Assembly (NCBI GenBank): GCA_965277805.1
Contig: OZ255842.1
Location: forward strand, 3,744,001-3,808,000
Reading direction: 5' to 3'
From: Candidatus Lustribacter sp.
Lineage (GTDB): Bacteria; Vulcanimicrobiota; Vulcanimicrobiia; Vulcanimicrobiales; Vulcanimicrobiaceae
DNA length: 64,000 nt
The notes under the pieces are model-generated. The model saw only the letters and a list, made by a program, of their open reading frames with translations. It made no database searches and was not told the origin of the DNA. Of the stretch, positions 37,966 through 46,371 are shown piece by piece; within the stretch, counting starts at the first letter, position 1; the number at the start of each line of letters is the position of its first letter. The position numbers were made by a program, and so were the translations under genes.

Positions 37966-38973
37966 GTGACGACCACAGACGGCTTGCTCGAACTCAGCGC
38001 AGCGCTCGGCAAGCAAAACCAGCGGGCCCGCCCGTTGATCGACGGCAGCGTGAGCCCCAAGGGCATCCGCTTGCTGGGAACGGCGCTCGGCGGTTCGGAG
38101 ACGTTTTGGCGCCAGCTGAAGTTCGGCGAGTTCGACGTCTCCGAACTCTCGATGTCCTCGCTCTTGATCGCAACCTCGCAAGGACCGACGCCGTGGGTGG
38201 CGATTCCGGTCTTCACGCGGCTCTTTCACTACACCGAAGCGCTCGTGCGCACCGATCGCGGTATCGAGACGCCGGCCGATCTGCGCGGCAAACGCCTCGG
38301 CGTGCCCGAGTATCAGCAGACCGCGGCCGTGTGGTCGCGCGGCGTGCTCAAAGAGCACTTCGGCGTCGATCCCGCCGACATCGAGTGGTACATGGAGCGT
38401 CCGCCCGAGATCAGCCACGGCGGTTCGACCGGCTTCGTTCCGCCGAAGGGGGTGAAGCTGCACTACATCTCGCGCGACACCAACATGGGTGAGATGGTCG
38501 CGGCCGGCGAGCTCGACGGCGCGCTGTTGTACATTCCGTTGAATAATCTGGTCGATCGCAGCCGCATCGATTTGCGGCAGCACCCGAAGGTGCGGCTGCT
38601 CTTTCCCGATCGCGCCGCCGAGGCACGGCGCTTTTACGCCGCGACGGGCATCTTTCCGATCAATCACACCGTCGTCGTGCGGCGCTCGATTCTCGAGCAG
38701 CATCCCTGGGTTGCGCGCAGTTTGTACGATGCGTTCGTGGCCGCCAAGGATCGCGTGCTCGCCGCGCGCGACGCGAACCTCGAGCCGTACTTCGCCACCG
38801 GATTGCTCGGCGCGGAGGAACGCGCGAACTTGGAGCACGATCCGCTCGCCTACGGGATCGCGGCCGCGCGGCCGGTGCTCGAAACGATCGCGCGGTACGT
38901 GCACGATCAAGGACTGACCAAACGCAAAGTCGCGATCGAGGAACTCTTCGATCCTTCTACCTTGGACTCTTGA
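37966..38973 (+). CDS. 4,5-dihydroxyphthalate decarboxylase-like (OphC/Pht5 family) protein
   Basis: EFDVSELSMSS, AIPVF, GVPEYQQTAAVWSRG, TGIFPINH, YG...RP.LE. Confidence 0.75.
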   Translation: MTTTDGLLELSAALGKQNQRARPLIDGSVSPKGIRLLGTALGGSETFWRQLKFGEFDVSELSMSSLLIATSQGPTPWVAIPVFTRLFHYTEALVRTDRGIETPADLRGKRLGVPEYQQTAAVWSRGVLKEHFGVDPADIEWYMERPPEISHGGSTGFVPPKGVKLHYISRDTNMGEMVAAGELDGALLYIPLNNLVDRSRIDLRQHPKVRLLFPDRAAEARRFYAATGIFPINHTVVVRRSILEQHPWVARSLYDAFVAAKDRVLAARDANLEPYFATGLLGAEERANLEHDPLAYGIAAARPVLETIARYVHDQGLTKRKVAIEELFDPSTLDS

Positions 38974-38980
38974 GGAGTAT

Positions 38981-40150
38981 ATGAAGCGTCTTTTCGCCGC
39001 CATCGGCGCCGTGTTGCTCGCCGTCGGGCCGGCTGCAGCCCAAACCCAACCGCCGTTCACGGTGGATGTGATCATCAACTCCACCGGCTCGAACGCGTTC
39101 GTCGGCGAGACCTACGGCGGCGCGCTGCGCGTCCTCGAGCAATGGGTCAACAAGACCGGCGGCATCAACGGCCGGCCGCTGCACTTCGAATTTCACGACG
39201 ATGGATCGAGCGTGACGAATTCGGTGCAGATCGCGACGCAGCTCATCGCGCAGCATCCGGCCGTCGTGATCGGACCGGCGTCGTCGGGCACCTGCGCGGC
39301 CGTTGCGCCGCTGTTCGTGAACGGGCCGGTCGACTATTGTCTCTCGACGGCCTACACGCCGCCGCCAAAGGGCTATGTGTTTGCCGCGGCAACCGCATTG
39401 CTGCCCTACGTCGGGCCGGCATCGGTGCGCTACATGCGTTTGCGCGGGTACAAGCGGCTGGCCGTGATCGACGCGACCGACGCCACCGGTCAGGCATCGG
39501 ATAAGATGCTCCAGTACGCGCTGACGCTGCCTGAAAACAAAGACCTGCAATATGTCGCGTTCGAGCATTTCAACCCGACCGACATCAGCATTGCGGCACA
39601 AGCGCAGCGCATGCTGGCGGCGCACCCAGACGGCGTGATTTGTCTCGCCGGCGGAACGGCGTTCGGCACGGTGTTGCACGGCCTCTACGATGCGGGGCTG
39701 CGCGTGCCGGTGAGTGCTTCGGGTGCGAACCTCGATGCAAATCAACTGCAGCAGTACAAGAACTTCTTGCCGCCGGCGATTTACTTCAACTCGCTCTTGT
39801 TCTTCGGACGCGATGCGCTGCCGCGCGGCGGCGTGCGCGATCAGGTCGACAAGTTCTACGCCGCGTTCAAAGATGCGGGCGTGAAGGTGAATCCGTCGAG
39901 CGGGTTCAGCTGGGATCCCGGCTGGATCGTCGTGTCCGCGCTACGTAAACTCGGCACGAACGTCACCGCCGAACAGCTGCACGCCTATCTCGAAGGGCTG
40001 CACGGCTTCGACGGTGTTGACGGCACGTACGATTTCCGCACCGGCGACAACCACGGTCTCAACGATCTCTCGGTGATCATGGTGACGTGGGATCCGGCGA
40101 AGAACGACTTCACCGTCGTCAGCAAACCCGGCGGATATCCGTTCAAGTAA
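38981..40150 (+). CDS. ABC substrate-binding protein, branched-chain amino acid (class I PBP) type
   Basis: VNKTGGINGRPL..DD, DATG; signal peptide. Confidence 0.85.
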   Translation: MKRLFAAIGAVLLAVGPAAAQTQPPFTVDVIINSTGSNAFVGETYGGALRVLEQWVNKTGGINGRPLHFEFHDDGSSVTNSVQIATQLIAQHPAVVIGPASSGTCAAVAPLFVNGPVDYCLSTAYTPPPKGYVFAAATALLPYVGPASVRYMRLRGYKRLAVIDATDATGQASDKMLQYALTLPENKDLQYVAFEHFNPTDISIAAQAQRMLAAHPDGVICLAGGTAFGTVLHGLYDAGLRVPVSASGANLDANQLQQYKNFLPPAIYFNSLLFFGRDALPRGGVRDQVDKFYAAFKDAGVKVNPSSGFSWDPGWIVVSALRKLGTNVTAEQLHAYLEGLHGFDGVDGTYDFRTGDNHGLNDLSVIMVTWDPAKNDFTVVSKPGGYPFK

Positions 40151-40151
40151 G

Positions 40152-40682
40152 ATGGGCAGCGTCGTTGGGGTTTCGCTGAGCGGAGGCAATACGTTTCAGA
40201 AGGCACCGCAAGCGTCAATCCGGCTGATCGCCGGCATCGGCGTCGAGGGTGACGCGCATGCCGGCGCGACGGTGCAGCACCTCTACCTGAAGCGGCGCAA
40301 TCCCGATGCGCCGAACTTGCGCCAAGTCCACCTCATGCACGCCGAACTGTTTGCACGTTTGCTCGAACGCGGGTTTCGCGTGGAACCCGGTCAGCTCGGC
40401 GAGAACATCACGACGGAAGGCGTCGACTTGCTAGGACTGAGTGAAGGCACGTTACTGACGATCGGCGAGGCGACGCTGCGTGTAACCGGACTGCGCAGCC
40501 CGTGCTCGCAGATCGACAAATTCCAGCCGGGCTTACTCGCCGAGATGATCGAGGACAAACGCGCGAAGCGGTTTCTCTCCGGGATCATGACGGTCGTGGA
40601 AGCCGGCGGTATCGTGCGTCCCGGCGATGCCGTCGCCGTTACGGCGCCCGCCGGGGCGTTTCGCAAGCTGCAGCCGATTTGA
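40152..40682 (+). CDS. MOSC domain protein
   Basis: GVEGDAH, RQVHL, PGQLGENITT, RSPC. Confidence 0.9.
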   Translation: MGSVVGVSLSGGNTFQKAPQASIRLIAGIGVEGDAHAGATVQHLYLKRRNPDAPNLRQVHLMHAELFARLLERGFRVEPGQLGENITTEGVDLLGLSEGTLLTIGEATLRVTGLRSPCSQIDKFQPGLLAEMIEDKRAKRFLSGIMTVVEAGGIVRPGDAVAVTAPAGAFRKLQPI

Positions 40683-40698
40683 ATTCAAGGGGCTAGAC

Positions 40699-40748
40699 CG
40701 TGGCGGTCCCTCGACTACGCGCCTACCGGCGCTGCGCTCGGGATGACA
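40699..40748. repeat. Long-loop REP variant overlapping the hydrolase 3' end
   Basis: CGTGGCGGTCCCTCGAC-TACGCGCCTACCGGCGCTGC-GCTCGGGATGACA. Confidence 0.85.
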
Positions 40749-41617
40749 GCGCCGGTGAGGAAGGCGGTTACGACGCGGTCGTGTTCTTCGGGCTTTTCCC
40801 ATTGGGGCCAGTGGGCGGCGTCGTTGATGCAGTAGTGGGCGGAGCCCGGGATCAGCGAGGCGAGGCGTTCGCCGGCATCGGCGCCGGCGCCGGGGTTTTT
40901 GTCGGACCACAGCGCGAACGCGGGGACTTTCATCGCGCCGAGTTCGTCTTCTTCGATCACATTGGGTGCGTAGCGGCCGCCGAAGCTCGCGCCGAAGACT
41001 TTCGCCAACGACGCGTTGGTGTCGGGGCGCGAGTAGATCGCGGTGCGCAGGTCGATCAGTTCGTCGGTCACGCGGTCGGGATAGGCCATGAGCCACTCGA
41101 GGCGCTTCTTGATCGTTTCACGCGTGGGGTTCGCGATCGCCGCGAGCGAGCGGTCGCGCAGCGCATTACGGCCGGCGTTTTCGTCGACCTTCACCTTGTC
41201 GCGATTCCAGTAAATGCCGGCCGTGGTGTTGAGGATGACTTTTTCGACGCGTTCGGGATGATGCAGCGCGGTCCAGCAGGCGACCCAGCCGCCGAGCGAT
41301 TCGCCCTCGATGAAGCCTTTCTGCACGCCGAGATCGTCGAAGATGTCGAGCACTTGGCGCGAGAACACCGGCACCATTTCCGGCGTGAATTCCGGCTTCG
41401 ACGACAGGCCGTGCCACACGAGGTCGATCGCGATCGCGTGGAAGTGCTCGCCGAGGCGCTGCATGTTACGCGCGTAGGCTTCGGCATGGCCGCCCACGCC
41501 GTGGATCAGAATCAGCTTCTTCGGGTTGTGCGCGCCGGTTTCGATCGTGCGCGTTTTAAACTCGCGCCCGCGATAGCGTACTTCAGCACCCAGGAGATCC
41601 AACCACAGCGTGTTCAT
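40715..41617 (-). CDS. Alpha/beta hydrolase, meta-cleavage product hydrolase-like
   Basis: HGVGGHAE, GESLGG, AHWPQWE; SD AAGGA; directly downstream of ileS. Confidence 0.85.
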   Translation of the reverse strand: MNTLWLDLLGAEVRYRGREFKTRTIETGAHNPKKLILIHGVGGHAEAYARNMQRLGEHFHAIAIDLVWHGLSSKPEFTPEMVPVFSRQVLDIFDDLGVQKGFIEGESLGGWVACWTALHHPERVEKVILNTTAGIYWNRDKVKVDENAGRNALRDRSLAAIANPTRETIKKRLEWLMAYPDRVTDELIDLRTAIYSRPDTNASLAKVFGASFGGRYAPNVIEEDELGAMKVPAFALWSDKNPGAGADAGERLASLIPGSAHYCINDAAHWPQWEKPEEHDRVVTAFLTGAVIPSAAPVGA

Positions 41618-41630
41618 CGAGCGATCCTTT

Positions 41631-44405
41631 CTAGTCGAGGCTCCGGACGATCGTCGCGCACGGCGCGCAGAGCGTCGGGTGCTCGGCGTCACTGCCGAGC
41701 GGGAGATACTTCCAGCAGCGCTCGCACTTTTCACCGGCTGCGGGCATCACCTTCACCGCACTGCCCCCATCGGCCGACGCTTCGAGCGAACGCAGCGACG
41801 AGACGACCAATGCCTCGCGCAAGCTATCGCCGAGGGCCTGGAACGCACTCAAGTGGGCGGCCGGCACGGTGACCTCGGCGTCGAGTTGGAAGTCGCGCAA
41901 GCCTTCGGCGGCGGCAACCTGCGCGCGCAGGGCACGTACCTGATCCCACAGCTCCAGCGCCGGGATGTCGACGGCGCCGAGCTTCGGGAAGTCGACATCG
42001 AAGATGCTCTCGGTACCGCCACGCAAGCCGGCCGGTAGCGACTGCCACGCTTCTTCCGCCGTGAACGAGAGGATCGGTGCGGTCAAGACCGCGACCGTGC
42101 GGAAGATCTCCAACACGGCCGACTGCGCGCTGCGGCGACGCGCCGAATCGGGTGCGCTCGTGTAGAGCCGGTCCTTCAGCGCGTCGACGTAAAACGCCGA
42201 GAGGTCGTCGCCGTCGAAACGCTGCAGTGCCAGATACGCGTCGTGCAGGCGAAACTCGCGGTACGCGACGACGATGTCGCGCGCGACCGCATCGAGCTTC
42301 GCGAGTACGAGTTGGTCGAGCGGTTCCATCGCGGCGCGCGGCACGACGGCTTCCGGCGCTAGGTCGTCGACCGAACCGAGATACCAGCGAAAGCGGTTGC
42401 GCAAATTGCGGTAGACGTTGGCGACGTTCTCGAGCAGTTTCGCCCCGAGGCGCACGTCGGCGGTGTATTCCACCGACGCGACCCATAAGCGCAACACGTC
42501 GGCGCCGTACTTCTGCATGCCGTCGACCGCGCCGATGTAGTTGCCGGCCGATTTGTGCATCGCGCGGCCGTCCTGATCGACGACCCAGCCCGTCGCGACG
42601 ACTTGCTTGTACGGCGGATGACCTTTGGTCGCAACCATGGTGACGAGGCTCGAGCGGAACCAGCCGCGATACTGATCGCCGCCTTCCAGATAGACGTCGG
42701 CCGGCCACGGCATGCCGCGATCTTCGAGCACGGCGCGATGTGTGACGCCTGACTCGAACCAGATGTCGACGATGTTCATCTCTTTGGTGAACGTCGTGCC
42801 CGCGCACTTGGGACAGGCGAAGCCCGGCGGCAGGAACGCTTCGGCGGGATCGGTCCACCATACGCGTGCGCCCTCGTGGCGGAAACGCTCGGCCACGTTG
42901 CGCGCGACCGCCGGATCGAGGATCGACTCTTGGCACGCATTGCAAACCATTGCCGGGATCGGCGTGCCCCACGTGCGCTGACGCGAGAGACACCACTCCG
43001 GATGATTCTCGATCATCTGCGTCATACGTTCTTCGCCCCAGCCGGGCGTGAACGTCACCTCGGGCAACTGCTCGACGATGCGCCGGCGCAAGTTGTTGCC
43101 GTCCATCGCGATGAACCACTGCGCGGTCGCGCGGAACACGACCGGATTCTTGCAGCGCCAGCAGTGCGGATAGGAGTGCTCGTACGATTCGGCTGCAATC
43201 AGGCGTCCCGACACGCGCAGATCCTCGATGATTTGCTTCTGCGCCTTGAAGATGAACTGGCCCGCGTACGGACCCGCCTCGGCGGTGAACTTGCCCGCGC
43301 CGTCGACCGGGTTGAGCACCGGCAGACCGTACTTCACGCCGGTTAGGAAGTCGTCGGTACCGTGACCGGGCGCGGTGTGCACGGCGCCGGTACCGGTTTC
43401 CAGCTCGACGTAATCGGCCGTCACGACGACCGAATCGCGGTCGAGGAATGGATGGCGCACGCTCGCACCGGCGAGTTTGTCGCCTTCGGTCATCCCGCGC
43501 AGCACGCCGTTGCGCGCGCCGCTGATGCGCTCGATGAGCGGCGCAGCGAGCGCTTCCGCAACGACGATATCTTCGTTTCCGACACGATAGAGCGCGTATT
43601 CCGCATCGGGCTTGATCGCGATCGCGACGTTGGCGGGCAGCGTCCACGGCGTGGTCGTCCAGATCGCGATCGACAGCGGTACGTCTTCATCCGCCACGCC
43701 GAAGCGCTTCGAGATGTCGGCGCGCTGCGCGGCGGTTGCGGGAAAACGTACGTAGATCGAATCGGAAACGTGATCGTGATACTCGATCTCGGCTTCCGCG
43801 AGTGCCGTTTCGTCGTGCACGCACCACAACGTCGCGCGCAAGCCTTTGTAGAGCTGCTTCGCATCGGCCAGGTCGGCCAGCACGTCGACGATCGCGCCCT
43901 CGAAGCGCGGCTTGATCGTCATGTACGGATCGTCGTAGTGACCGAGCACGCCCATGCGCAGGATCGCGTCGCGCTGACGATCGAGCCAGTAGAGCGCGCG
44001 CTCTTGGCACTTCTCGCGCAGCTCGAGCGGATCGACGTGATGGAAGTCGAGCTTGAGGTGTTTGAGCGTTTCGAGTTCGATCGGCAGCCCGTGCATGTCC
44101 CAGCCGGGGACGAAATCCGCGTACTTGCCGTCGAGCAAGTTGATCTTGACGAAGGCGTCCTTCAGAACGCGGTTGAGGAAATGCCCCATGTGCAGGTCGC
44201 CGTTGGCGTACGGCGGCCCGTCATGCAGGATGAACGGCGGATTTCCGGCGTTCTTCGCCAGGCGCTTGCGGTAGGTGTCGTGCTCGGCCCACCAGCGGAC
44301 GCGATCCGGCTCCCGCTTGGGCAGCTCCGCGCGCATCGGAAAGTCGGTTTTCGGCAGGTTGAGGGTCGCGCGGTAGTCGCGCCGCGGCGTTTCGGTCTCG
44401 GGCAT
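41631..44405 (-). CDS. ileS: Isoleucine--tRNA ligase (type 1)
   Basis: TLNLPKTDFPM, HDGPPYANG..HMGH, WTTTPWT, GTGAVH, AMHKS, C-terminal CERC..CAPC. Confidence 0.97.
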   Translation of the reverse strand: MPETETPRRDYRATLNLPKTDFPMRAELPKREPDRVRWWAEHDTYRKRLAKNAGNPPFILHDGPPYANGDLHMGHFLNRVLKDAFVKINLLDGKYADFVPGWDMHGLPIELETLKHLKLDFHHVDPLELREKCQERALYWLDRQRDAILRMGVLGHYDDPYMTIKPRFEGAIVDVLADLADAKQLYKGLRATLWCVHDETALAEAEIEYHDHVSDSIYVRFPATAAQRADISKRFGVADEDVPLSIAIWTTTPWTLPANVAIAIKPDAEYALYRVGNEDIVVAEALAAPLIERISGARNGVLRGMTEGDKLAGASVRHPFLDRDSVVVTADYVELETGTGAVHTAPGHGTDDFLTGVKYGLPVLNPVDGAGKFTAEAGPYAGQFIFKAQKQIIEDLRVSGRLIAAESYEHSYPHCWRCKNPVVFRATAQWFIAMDGNNLRRRIVEQLPEVTFTPGWGEERMTQMIENHPEWCLSRQRTWGTPIPAMVCNACQESILDPAVARNVAERFRHEGARVWWTDPAEAFLPPGFACPKCAGTTFTKEMNIVDIWFESGVTHRAVLEDRGMPWPADVYLEGGDQYRGWFRSSLVTMVATKGHPPYKQVVATGWVVDQDGRAMHKSAGNYIGAVDGMQKYGADVLRLWVASVEYTADVRLGAKLLENVANVYRNLRNRFRWYLGSVDDLAPEAVVPRAAMEPLDQLVLAKLDAVARDIVVAYREFRLHDAYLALQRFDGDDLSAFYVDALKDRLYTSAPDSARRRSAQSAVLEIFRTVAVLTAPILSFTAEEAWQSLPAGLRGGTESIFDVDFPKLGAVDIPALELWDQVRALRAQVAAAEGLRDFQLDAEVTVPAAHLSAFQALGDSLREALVVSSLRSLEASADGGSAVKVMPAAGEKCERCWKYLPLGSDAEHPTLCAPCATIVRSLD

Positions 44406-44461
44406 GGAACGGGCTGGTTTCGACGCAGTACCTTGGTTCGCATCCGGCGCATAGGTCGGGC

Positions 44462-45403
44462 ATGAACCGACTGGAAGCGCTCGCACTTACCGGCGGCCTC
44501 CTTGCCGCAAGCGCGCGAGCGGCTTCCGCGCAGACACTCCCGGTCGTGCGCGTCATGTGCACCCCGACCGATTCGTTCGGCGAAGCCTACTACGCCCAAG
44601 ACATGGGCTTCTTCACGCGACGTAACATCAGCGTCGAGTTCAACGGGAGCAGCGGCGGCGCGATCGCGATCAACGCGCTAGCCGGAAACAGCGCCGACGT
44701 CGGTGTGGCCAATCCGCTCTCGATCGCGCAAGCCTACACCAAGGGGATTCCGATCTCGATCATTGCCGGCGGGGGACTCTACACGACGGCCTCGCCGGCG
44801 ACACTGCTCCTCGTTCCCAAAGACTCGACCGCGCGCACGCCAAAGGATCTCGAGGGCAAGACAATCGGGCTACCCGGACTCGGCGATCAGTTGCAAGCGG
44901 CCACGACGGTGTGGCTTCAGAAAAACGGGGTCGACCCGGCCAAGGTGAAGTTCATCGAAGTCAACCCCGGGCCGTTGATCCGCAACGCGCTCGAACGCGG
45001 GCGCGTGGATGCCGCGACCGCACCCGAACCGACGTTAACGGAGTCGGTGCAAGAGGGTGCGCGCGTGTTCGGCGACCCCTTCGCCGCGCTCGCGCCGCGG
45101 TTTTTCATCGGCGTCTGGATCGCGCGCAACGACTGGATCAAGGCAAATCCCGATGTGGCCCGGCGCTTTGCCAACGCGATCTATGATGCCGGCAAGTGGG
45201 CGAACGCGCATCCGAGCGATTCGGCAGCGATCTTAGCGAAGTACGCGAAGGGCGATGCCGCCGTGTTTCGCACGATGCACCGCGCGACGTATCCGTCATC
45301 CCTCGATCCGAAGTTGCTCGCGCCGCCGATCGACGCCGGATTTCACACCGGCTTATTACCGGCCGCGGTCAACGCTGCGGATCTGGTGGCGAAGGGCTTC
45401 TAA
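44462..45403 (+). CDS. ABC transporter substrate-binding protein, NitT/TauT family
   Basis: YYAQDMGFF, DLEGKTIG, GRVDAA..EP; paralog of 181-1110 and 5320-6255. Confidence 0.85.
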   Translation: MNRLEALALTGGLLAASARAASAQTLPVVRVMCTPTDSFGEAYYAQDMGFFTRRNISVEFNGSSGGAIAINALAGNSADVGVANPLSIAQAYTKGIPISIIAGGGLYTTASPATLLLVPKDSTARTPKDLEGKTIGLPGLGDQLQAATTVWLQKNGVDPAKVKFIEVNPGPLIRNALERGRVDAATAPEPTLTESVQEGARVFGDPFAALAPRFFIGVWIARNDWIKANPDVARRFANAIYDAGKWANAHPSDSAAILAKYAKGDAAVFRTMHRATYPSSLDPKLLAPPIDAGFHTGLLPAAVNAADLVAKGF

Positions 45404-45405
45404 CC

Positions 45406-45434
45406 GGCGGTCCCTCGACAGGCTCGGGACGACA
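45406..45434. repeat. REP-like element between convergent genes
   Basis: GGCGGTCCCTCGACAGGCTCGGGACGACA (2 mismatches to consensus). Confidence 0.8.
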
Positions 45435-46352
45435 TTATGCGAGTTGGGTTTCGTAGTCGCGGGCGCGTTCGGCGATGATGTCGGCGAGTAGGGGGAGTTC
45501 GATGACCCAGAACGTGCCGCCCTCGCTCGAGGTGATCTCACCCACGTGCGCGCCGGCTTGGATCCACATGTGCGTGCCGCGGTCTTCCGTCATGCCGCCG
45601 AGCCACGTCTTGCCGTCGTACCTGATCGAGCCTTCGATCAGATAGCGGATCTCCGCATCTTCCTCAACGCGCGCCGGGATGACCGCACCCGGCAGCAGAC
45701 GCGTTTGGCGAATGCCCGAGCGGCGCACGCCGAAGGTGCCCAAGTACTTGTGTTCGACGCCCGGGATCTTGCGATCGGGTACCCACTGCGCGTTCTCCGG
45801 CAACATCACGATCGGCGCTGAAAAACGCGGCTTCGGAAAGTCGATCTTCTGACCCGTGAGATGCTCGACGCACGCAGCGTGGCTATCTTTCGTAATGACC
45901 TTCCCATTGGGCAACGTGCGGCGATAAATGCCGCCTTCGAAGACACCGCCCTCGGCTTCCAACTCCGCCTGTGCGCGATGCAGATCGCGGTGCTTCAGAT
46001 ACGGCAGTCCGGTGGCGCCTTGAAACTGAAACGTGAGCCCGGTGCAGGGCGCCGTTTGCAGCTGCGGGCCATATGAGACGCCTTCCGGATAAAAACCGCA
46101 CTCACCGGCTTTGACGTAGCCGTCTTTGATCTCGCGCGCGCCTTCGAACGCTAAGCGAAACTGATCGAATGTGTGCTTGTGCCGAGGCGTGCCGTAACCC
46201 GTATCGTAGTAGGCCCACGAAATCTCCATGCCGACGCCCTCGACGCCACTCTCGAGCGGCAGGGGCTTGCTCCGCATCCCGCCCTCGCGCCCGATGCCGG
46301 CCTTGCGCGACGGCAGATCACCAATCGAGACGATCGTTACTGAAGGTTCCAT
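45435..46352 (-). CDS. Hypothetical cupin-like protein
   Basis: TPRHKHTFDQFR..G..YPEGV.YGPQ cupin-like motif. Confidence 0.65.
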   Translation of the reverse strand: MEPSVTIVSIGDLPSRKAGIGREGGMRSKPLPLESGVEGVGMEISWAYYDTGYGTPRHKHTFDQFRLAFEGAREIKDGYVKAGECGFYPEGVSYGPQLQTAPCTGLTFQFQGATGLPYLKHRDLHRAQAELEAEGGVFEGGIYRRTLPNGKVITKDSHAACVEHLTGQKIDFPKPRFSAPIVMLPENAQWVPDRKIPGVEHKYLGTFGVRRSGIRQTRLLPGAVIPARVEEDAEIRYLIEGSIRYDGKTWLGGMTEDRGTHMWIQAGAHVGEITSSEGGTFWVIELPLLADIIAERARDYETQLA

Positions 46353-46371
46353 GAATAATTCCATTCTTCGT

